From a virus, in IMG/VR virus record IMGVR_UViG_3300021959_007960, positions 64,001 to 128,000 of that record: DNA of 64,000 nt, one strand, 5' to 3'. How positions within the stretch are numbered: position 1 is the first letter of the stretch; every line of letters starts with the position of its first letter. Positions 57,581 to 64,000 of the stretch are shown piece after piece. The position numbers and the translations under genes were made by a program. A model generated the notes under the pieces. It worked only from the letters and a program-made list of their open reading frames with translations. It was not told the origin of the DNA and did no database searches.

Positions 57581-57769
57581 TTAATCTTCTTTTTTTGGCA
57601 ACAATATACCTAATAGTAAGTATACCCAAAAGATAATACTACCAGAGGCAATAGCACCAAAAACAGTTAGTAGTCTAATAATAGTAACATCAATGCCTGT
57701 GTAATCAGATAGACCAGCACAAACACCAAAAATCATACCGTCTTTTTTATTTTTCAATAAGTTACTCAT
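57581..57769 (-). CDS. pspC: PspC domain protein
   Basis: DGMIFGVCAGLSDY.GID...IRL...YL...ILLP. Confidence 0.9.
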   Translation of the reverse strand: MSNLLKNKKDGMIFGVCAGLSDYTGIDVTIIRLLTVFGAIASGSIIFWVYLLLGILLPKKED

Positions 57770-58073
57770 ATTTTTTTAACCACTCCGTAAAGTTATAAGG
57801 GGTAAAACCACGCAATTCACCAATCTTTTTATCGTTGTCAAAGATAAATGAAGTAGGATAAACTTTTATATGTAACTTATTTACTAATTCAGGATGCTCG
57901 TCAATATCAATGTATTCTAAATCAAAATTCTTAATAATATCTGGATTATCTTTCATATACTGTTTTTGCTTAACACAGTATGGACACCAATCTGCGCCTA
58001 TAACAAGAAGGTCTTTGGCGTATGCTGTACTACAACTTAACAGTAGTAGAATTAATAATTTGAATAATTTCAT
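57762..58073 (-). CDS. Secreted thioredoxin-like protein
   Basis: Signal peptide, WCPYC, cis-Pro YPT. Confidence 0.85.
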   Translation of the reverse strand: MKLFKLLILLLLSCSTAYAKDLLVIGADWCPYCVKQKQYMKDNPDIIKNFDLEYIDIDEHPELVNKLHIKVYPTSFIFDNDKKIGELRGFTPYNFTEWLKKYE

Positions 58074-58252
58074 TTGGAGGTATTCCTATTAGTAAATAAT
58101 ATTCATATAAGCTAAACATATATACACCCCCATAGATTATTGTTTATTTTCTGTCTTTTGCTAGATTAACAAAAAAACAAACTACACTTAAATCTACAAC
58201 AACTACGATCCACCATACACTTAAAACATCTAGTAAAGTATGATCCATCTTT

Positions 58253-58957
58253 TTAACTTTCTAGTACATAAGACCAGTAACGAGAGTCTTGCTTGTCTTG
58301 CAAGTCATCCCAATATACACATCTGGCAATATATGATGGTATTTTATTCTTACCACAATTTACACTCCAATGCTGTTCCATTTTTTTGTATTTTTCTGTA
58401 CCTACTTTGCTCTTATTATAGCTTAGATGTTCCATGTTGTAAAGGCGAAGCTGATGAACATCTCCACATAAAACTCTTGCTTCATTAGGATGAATCATTT
58501 CTAAAGCAAAACTAACCTTAGCCATACCCAATCCAATAATCTTATCTACAATAGCATCACGTTTTTTGACATGGTATTTTTTAGTAGTAAGATAGAAATC
58601 TTTAGGATTTTTCCAAAACTGTTCACTGAAATTCCAAATATACTTTGTCCTGTTGTTATAAAGACCAACACCAGAATGTTTCAGTTTGTCTAAGAGCGTT
58701 TCTTGGTCGTCAATCCATTCTTCGTAGTTCTTAATGGCATTGTAGCCACGGCAATTCCCCTGCCAACTTGTATGAACAGAACAATAAGCAAACAAATAAC
58801 GCCTAAAAATATCGCCGTGATTCTGTGGTCGTACACTCTCCCAGTACTCCTTATATGCTTTAATCTTATCTCTAGGAAATTCTTTAAAAAATTCATCAGC
58901 CTTACTTCTGCAATATGTCGTATTCTTTTCTGTTTTAGTTTCTGTTGCAATAACCAT
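58253..58957 (-). CDS. HhH-GPD DNA glycosylase-like protein (OGG2-like)
   Basis: GLYNNRTKYI, IIGLGMAKVSF (HhH), GDVH; start set at MVIAT after the GGAG SD. Confidence 0.65.
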   Translation of the reverse strand: MVIATETKTEKNTTYCRSKADEFFKEFPRDKIKAYKEYWESVRPQNHGDIFRRYLFAYCSVHTSWQGNCRGYNAIKNYEEWIDDQETLLDKLKHSGVGLYNNRTKYIWNFSEQFWKNPKDFYLTTKKYHVKKRDAIVDKIIGLGMAKVSFALEMIHPNEARVLCGDVHQLRLYNMEHLSYNKSKVGTEKYKKMEQHWSVNCGKNKIPSYIARCVYWDDLQDKQDSRYWSYVLES

Positions 58958-59037
58958 GATAGTCTCCAAAAGTTTCAAGTCCTGTGATACATTCAATTCT
59001 ATACTATTGGTATCGTCTTGTCAAGGTGCAATCTTTA
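58958..59037 (-). promoter_or_regulatory. AGACGATAC-class promoter and conserved leader
   Basis: TAAAGAT-N6-TTGACA-AGACGATACCAATAGTA-TAGAAT then TATCACAGGACTTGAAACTTTTGGAGACTA. Confidence 0.8.
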
Positions 59038-59046
59038 AAATATTTT

Positions 59047-59589
59047 CTACGGTTGTTGCATCATGTAACTGCTATCTCTGTAAGTTTTGATTAGTAAATT
59101 TCTTAAATCTGCAAATTCATCCACTGCTTGCACCACTCCGGGCCAAGCATTACTGTTGTAATCATGTCCGCAAATAAATCCTCCTGATTTAATTTTTTTA
59201 GGCCAAGTTTCCAAATCTCTTTTTACTGTATCATAATCATGGTCCGCATCTATATAAACCATATCTATGCTATTGTCTTGTATTATCTTAGCATATTGTT
59301 CAGATGCCTCAAACCATATTTTTGCTCTACTATATCTTAATCTTTGTTGTATATCCTCGTTCTCAAAAGGGTCAACACAGTGTAATATATTAACAAACGG
59401 AAAAGCAGATATAATTAAAGCTGACTCACCCCTATGAGAACCAATTTCAACACATTCTATTTTATCACTATCTTTCAGCGTATTGATATCACACATCATT
59501 TGTATCAATCCAGATATTTGATTTCCGTTATTTTTATCCCAATCTGGAAAAAATCTCATACTTTTTATAGAAGTAGGATCATCTGTCAT
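59047..59589 (-). CDS. Class I SAM methyltransferase (Methyltransf_24)
   Basis: VEIGSHRGES, VDPF, YIDADHDY, GGFICGHDY, GVVQAV. Confidence 0.9.
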   Translation of the reverse strand: MTDDPTSIKSMRFFPDWDKNNGNQISGLIQMMCDINTLKDSDKIECVEIGSHRGESALIISAFPFVNILHCVDPFENEDIQQRLRYSRAKIWFEASEQYAKIIQDNSIDMVYIDADHDYDTVKRDLETWPKKIKSGGFICGHDYNSNAWPGVVQAVDEFADLRNLLIKTYRDSSYMMQQP

Positions 59590-60272
59590 TAGTGTAACCT
59601 CACTCTATCACATTCTCTAACATCATTATTATAGGATTCAATGTACTCCCACGCCAAACTATATCTAAAATCGTCGGAAGTATTTTCATAGCACCCATGT
59701 ACTAAATTTATGTCAAACAGTACTGCATAAGGTGCTTTTAGTTCTAAGTCTAATATATCATATTTTCTAAGATGAGAATTGTCAATCCATTTTACATACT
59801 TATTTATCTTACTTGTAATTTCATGTGGGAATATACCCTGTGTATGAGAGTTCTTTACTAATCTCAAACAACCGTTCTCTTTATTGGTGTCTGTTAGATA
59901 TACAGCACAACTTAATATTTTTTTATTGTCACCGTTAAAATAATAATTGTCTTGGTGCATAAATGTTGATGTACCAGTTTTAGGTTGCATTGGGAAAAAT
60001 TTACTTATGTAACAATCAAGAGTATCACTTGTTTGTATTATATTCTTTGCGTGAGCAACTAGAGTAGCATTGTTAGCCAAGTTTCTAAAGGCTTCATTGT
60101 TTGTACAGGCATAATTTATTTTGTTTAATTGTCCACGCTCATCCCATTCGTAATGTTTATTATTCTTGTTCTTCTGTGCTTGATTATATAAGCCATCACA
60201 AGTATGTAATAATTCTTGATGTTCTTCTTTAGATAAGAAGTTTTCTATAACTAGGTATCCTTCATCCATCAT
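59589..60272 (-). CDS. Phytanoyl-CoA dioxygenase family 2OG-Fe(II) enzyme
   Basis: EGYLVI, HQD, ENGCL..V..SH, VHG..N.S..R. Confidence 0.9.
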   Translation of the reverse strand: MMDEGYLVIENFLSKEEHQELLHTCDGLYNQAQKNKNNKHYEWDERGQLNKINYACTNNEAFRNLANNATLVAHAKNIIQTSDTLDCYISKFFPMQPKTGTSTFMHQDNYYFNGDNKKILSCAVYLTDTNKENGCLRLVKNSHTQGIFPHEITSKINKYVKWIDNSHLRKYDILDLELKAPYAVLFDINLVHGCYENTSDDFRYSLAWEYIESYNNDVRECDRVRLH

Positions 60273-60858
60273 AAGTATATCCCATTAATTCTATGGCTTT
60301 ATAATCTTTTTCGTAAACCTTATCTATCAACTCTTTAGTATAATAATCTTTGTAGTCATACTTTTTATTTTCATTTAGATGTGGGATTTTATTTGAATCT
60401 AAATTTATATTAAACCTATCAAAAAATTTTAATAATTCTTCTTTATAATTTTCAAATTTAGCTATGTAATCTACAGTCTTCTTGTAATCTTTCGAGTACA
60501 ACCAGTAAAATTGAGGTGGTTGATTGTCAATATAAAATTCCAAGGATTGGTTTTTTTTGAAATGCCTGTTGTGATAGAGCATAAGCGAAACTAATCTAGC
60601 CCAAGGGTTTCTAACAAAAGAAAAACTAAAATATGTATCTGGATCATAACCATCAATTTTCAAGTCGTATATAGCAGCAGTCAGGTTTGAGTGTTGTTTA
60701 TACTTACAGGAATTATATTTTCCTGCAAAACTTAATTCTTCACATTCACGGAAACCATCCCTGTGCTGTGCCTTTGTTGCTAGACATGCTCTAAAAGTTC
60801 TAGTACCAGTTTTAGGTATATCTATTGTAAAAAATTTATGATTATGTGAAACTAACAT
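60262..60858 (-). CDS. Sulfotransferase family 2
   Basis: IPKTGT, FVRNPWARLVS, KFEN. Confidence 0.85.
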   Translation of the reverse strand: MLVSHNHKFFTIDIPKTGTRTFRACLATKAQHRDGFRECEELSFAGKYNSCKYKQHSNLTAAIYDLKIDGYDPDTYFSFSFVRNPWARLVSLMLYHNRHFKKNQSLEFYIDNQPPQFYWLYSKDYKKTVDYIAKFENYKEELLKFFDRFNINLDSNKIPHLNENKKYDYKDYYTKELIDKVYEKDYKAIELMGYTYDG

Positions 60859-61454
60859 CAGTCACCAAACGTATAATTAAAAAAGTCTATGTCTTCTCTA
60901 TAATCTTCAGCTATCTTGTCACGCATTTCATCTGTGTAGTACTCTGTGTAATGTCTATGATTTGTTTTCTTTTTATGTGGTAATTGCGAAAGGTCACAAG
61001 GCAGATCAAGAATATTGCACACATTTTTTACGTCTTCATGTAGTTTCTCAAATCGTATGTAATAATCCATTTCTAAATTATAAAAATCATGCAAAGTTCT
61101 AAAGCTAAAATGTTTTTCATTTGAATACATACAGTATTGTTCAAACGTGCTTGGTGTGTCTAATTGTTTTTGAGTTTTACAAAAAAAATAACTAGACAGT
61201 TTTCTGTCCCAAGGATTTCTTACACAACCAAATTTAAAATATTGATTCCAAACTTCATCATTATTTAGCTTTGTTTTAATTTCCAATGGACTCATGTGGT
61301 TCCACCAATCACAATTATCCGGTATCGGGTTTGGGCCTCTGTATCCTACAATATCTGAATCTTTGCAAAATCTTTCAAAAAATATTTCTACAGATGTAGA
61401 TGCTGTTTTGTACCCTTTAACATATATAAATTTATGGGAGTGACATATTATCAA
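60858..61454 (-). CDS. Sulfotransferase family 2
   Basis: KTASTS, VRNPWDRKLS, RFE. Confidence 0.85.
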   Translation of the reverse strand: MIICHSHKFIYVKGYKTASTSVEIFFERFCKDSDIVGYRGPNPIPDNCDWWNHMSPLEIKTKLNNDEVWNQYFKFGCVRNPWDRKLSSYFFCKTQKQLDTPSTFEQYCMYSNEKHFSFRTLHDFYNLEMDYYIRFEKLHEDVKNVCNILDLPCDLSQLPHKKKTNHRHYTEYYTDEMRDKIAEDYREDIDFFNYTFGD

Positions 61455-62128
61455 AATTTATACTTTCCTACCTCTATATCTAACTTGTAGTAATCAGCTA
61501 TCATATCTCTGGTTTCCTTGTTATAGTATTCTCTATAATTTTTGCTTTCTACCTTTTCTTTTTCCTTCCAACCATCAGGGTCTATAATTTTAAATTCTGC
61601 CCTACCTACTTTAGTTTCAAGAATAGAATCATTTATATCGTCCATAATTTTATTTACATCTAGTTCTTCAGTTTTATATAATTTAAATTTACTATAATCT
61701 TCTCCAAACATCTCTTCAATATTTCTACAAGCATATTTAAATAGGTTGTTGCGGTTGGCTTTATCAAATTTAAAAAGCCATTCTGTAAAAGTGCAAGAAG
61801 TTCCTTCTTCACGCTTTCCCCCATATTTATAATCCCAAAAAGCCATTCCGTTCTTGTCTGGTTTGGCGTAATGATACAAACTTACTATTCTCTCCCAAGG
61901 GTTTCTAATAGTTGAAAAAAGAAAAAAAGTACTAATATCAATATTATGTTCAGTCAAAACATATTTTGACACATCCTTGTATGTTACGTGTGGATTGTTT
62001 CTGTTTTGTTTTTGTATACTATCGATGAGTTCTTTATCTTTTATTTTATAGAAATGTTTTCTAATTGTACTACTAGCGCATTTGGCGTTAGAAATATATA
62101 GGATTTTATGTTCAGTATTAATAATCAT
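61451..62128 (-). CDS. Sulfotransferase family 2
   Basis: KCASST, IRNPWERIVS. Confidence 0.85.
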   Translation of the reverse strand: MIINTEHKILYISNAKCASSTIRKHFYKIKDKELIDSIQKQNRNNPHVTYKDVSKYVLTEHNIDISTFFLFSTIRNPWERIVSLYHYAKPDKNGMAFWDYKYGGKREEGTSCTFTEWLFKFDKANRNNLFKYACRNIEEMFGEDYSKFKLYKTEELDVNKIMDDINDSILETKVGRAEFKIIDPDGWKEKEKVESKNYREYYNKETRDMIADYYKLDIEVGKYKF

Positions 62129-62130
62129 TA

Positions 62131-63783
62131 TTAATAATTGTTTAAGTCGAATTGATGGTCACTAATGAATTTATTAAAGTTTACACCATTCCAATAGTCT
62201 TCTATAGTAGTAGCTGATAAATGACGATACCAATCGTGTGAGCCAAACTTTTCAACATAGTAAGTATGAATAACAATAGCCTCTTCTTTACTTGTAATAT
62301 CAGAACATCGTTCAGTAGTTTTATGGCAATGTTTTATAATTATATCATTACAAGGATTCCAAGCCTGATATTGCTTAGATTTATAAATACAATAATCTAA
62401 AATCACATCACAATAAAAAGTACCTATGATAATATCATCTGGTAATAATTCAAAATCATCAACCATAGGTGATCTAAATATCCAAGCATCTTGAGAACAA
62501 AAAGCATCTCTATGTCTATCTTGCAGTAGCTTTCCATCATCTTCATGTCTTGTAAGAGCAATCATATCTCTAGGTCTAAGTCCTCTTATCTTTGATAAGT
62601 CATCATTAAAAAGAATATCATTGTTTGCTACAATACACTGTGTATTAACAATGTTTTTATTTGTATAAGCAAATATTTTTTTAAAGGACATTCTGCAAAT
62701 GGTATTGTTTACAATTATTTTTTCTTCATAATCTTTTTTTAATTCATAAAATTCTGGAAAGTCTTCATAGTTTTCTAAAAAGATATGAACCTTAGCTATG
62801 TATTTGTTTTGTAGGTTTAGTTTTAGGCAGTCAAGAATCTCTTTTGTTCTTTCTGGTAGTGGGTCTTTGTAAAGATTAATAACTAATTCAAAAGTTGATT
62901 GACCATATTTTTTATTCATATAGTTCAAAGTTTTGTGTGTATGATTATCTTTTCTGTTGTACCCCCTAACACGATGACTATGGGGATTATGATATACTGG
63001 AACACAATTAGGTTCAAAATAAATATTTTTTCTAGTAAGACCAAGGTTTTCTAGCTTTTCAAACATTTCACAATCTTCTCTACCATAATTGTCAATGTCT
63101 TCATTATATAATCCAACATCTATAAAAAACTTTTTATGGCAACATATAATTCCATTGAGATTTTTAATAAAACCCAGTTCATTATCAAGATAACACTGAT
63201 TCCAATTACCCGCAACAAACTGTCCCGGTGATATATCAATTAAACTTTGTAATGGAACATAGGGGTTAAGTATGTAATCCACATCCATCTTTAATATTTT
63301 TTCATGTTTGGCAGCTTTTATAGCGATATTAATAGGCTTGCTGGCATTATAAAACTTTTCACCTTCTATCCTGATAACTTTAATTCTGGCATCAACATTT
63401 TCAAGATGTTTTAAACTTTTTTCGGATGACCAATCTACAATTATAATCTCTTTAATCTGTGGGTGTAAAATCCAAGACCTTAAACTTACACTCAACATAT
63501 TCTCTCTGTCTTTACAAGCAACTACAAGAGATATATCCTCAAACAAAATCTTTGGATCGTATTCTTTTACATCTTCATGGTTTTCGTATGGTTTTTTGAG
63601 TTCATTCTCACCAAAAGTAATCCAATGGTGATATAGTCTTTGTCTTTCAGTAAATCCATTGTCTTTACAATATGGTTGATAATAATCTTTTACATCATAC
63701 GTGTGAGCGTAAAATTCATCATCAAACTCTTTTGGAACACTGTTGTTTTCATAAAAAGCATCTATAGATATTGGCTCATTCAT
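62131..63783 (-). CDS. Multidomain glycosyltransferase (GT2/GT7-like plus a second GT-A-like domain)
   Basis: IIIVDWSS, MDVD, YNE...YGRED; second domain ANNDI, SQDAWIF. Confidence 0.78.
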   Translation of the reverse strand: MNEPISIDAFYENNSVPKEFDDEFYAHTYDVKDYYQPYCKDNGFTERQRLYHHWITFGENELKKPYENHEDVKEYDPKILFEDISLVVACKDRENMLSVSLRSWILHPQIKEIIIVDWSSEKSLKHLENVDARIKVIRIEGEKFYNASKPINIAIKAAKHEKILKMDVDYILNPYVPLQSLIDISPGQFVAGNWNQCYLDNELGFIKNLNGIICCHKKFFIDVGLYNEDIDNYGREDCEMFEKLENLGLTRKNIYFEPNCVPVYHNPHSHRVRGYNRKDNHTHKTLNYMNKKYGQSTFELVINLYKDPLPERTKEILDCLKLNLQNKYIAKVHIFLENYEDFPEFYELKKDYEEKIIVNNTICRMSFKKIFAYTNKNIVNTQCIVANNDILFNDDLSKIRGLRPRDMIALTRHEDDGKLLQDRHRDAFCSQDAWIFRSPMVDDFELLPDDIIIGTFYCDVILDYCIYKSKQYQAWNPCNDIIIKHCHKTTERCSDITSKEEAIVIHTYYVEKFGSHDWYRHLSATTIEDYWNGVNFNKFISDHQFDLNNY

Positions 63784-63789
63784 AATGTT

Positions 63790-64000
63790 TTATACAGTTC
63801 TCATATCTCCATGTAGTATTTTAAATGTTGGAAACCTGAGACTAATACCACCTTCCTGATTCTTAGTCTCTTCAAAATACTGCACTGTTATAATTTTACC
63901 TAAGATAGCATCAGGGTTTTTGTAAAAGTCTTGTCTTTGTTCTATAGTAAACCCACTACCAACTTTGACAAGGTTATCTTTGTGTTTAATATAAACACAG
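63790..64000 (-). CDS. ATP-dependent DNA ligase, C-terminal OB domain (partial)
   Basis: Hand-read VKVGSGF...GKIITVQYFE...SLRFPTF. Confidence 0.85.
   Translation of the reverse strand, partial: CVYIKHKDNLVKVGSGFTIEQRQDFYKNPDAILGKIITVQYFEETKNQEGGISLRFPTFKILHGDMRTV

Noticed and set aside
1120-58987. Plus-strand ORFs in the track (e.g. 1120-1488, 24169-24618, 38093-38581)
   Set aside because: All lie antisense to well-supported minus-strand genes and have shadow-ORF composition
1-64000. Stop-codon reassignment as in some large phages
   Set aside because: Genes are full length under the standard code and end in TAA, TAG and TGA with tight coupling; no suppressor tRNA seen

Overview
64 kb of an AT-rich (roughly 30% GC by eye), densely packed sequence with essentially every real gene on the minus strand. 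Gene content indicates a large lytic tailed-phage genome. A DUF1559 prepilin-like gene points to a Planctomycete host. In window order: (1) a replication/recombination block with a Zn-ribbon GT4, SSB, DnaE split into two genes around a DnaQ-like exonuclease, a Cas4-like nuclease, dNMP kinase, primase, DnaB, RecA, PhoH, class II RNR and dCMP deaminase; (2) a small radical-SAM/epimerase/glycosyltransferase cassette; (3) a membrane-protein/papain-protease/ComEA-fusion module; (4) DeoC-like, ClpP, sigma factor and PAP2 genes; (5) a ~13 kb sugar-nucleotide and glycosylation island; (6) proteases, HNH, RuvB, rIIA/rIIB; (7) a likely early region with tRNA-Leu(UAA), PspC and an HhH glycosylase; (8) tandem sulfotransferases and a partial DNA ligase. 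The most striking non-coding signal is a TATCACAGGA motif in the 5' leaders of rIIA, rIIB and the glycosylase. Its exact complement lies just after rIIB, fused to a tRNA-T-arm-like hairpin. There is also a distinct AGACGAT-containing promoter class and a tandem pair of recombinase-like palindromes. All functional calls come from motif recognition, not database searches.
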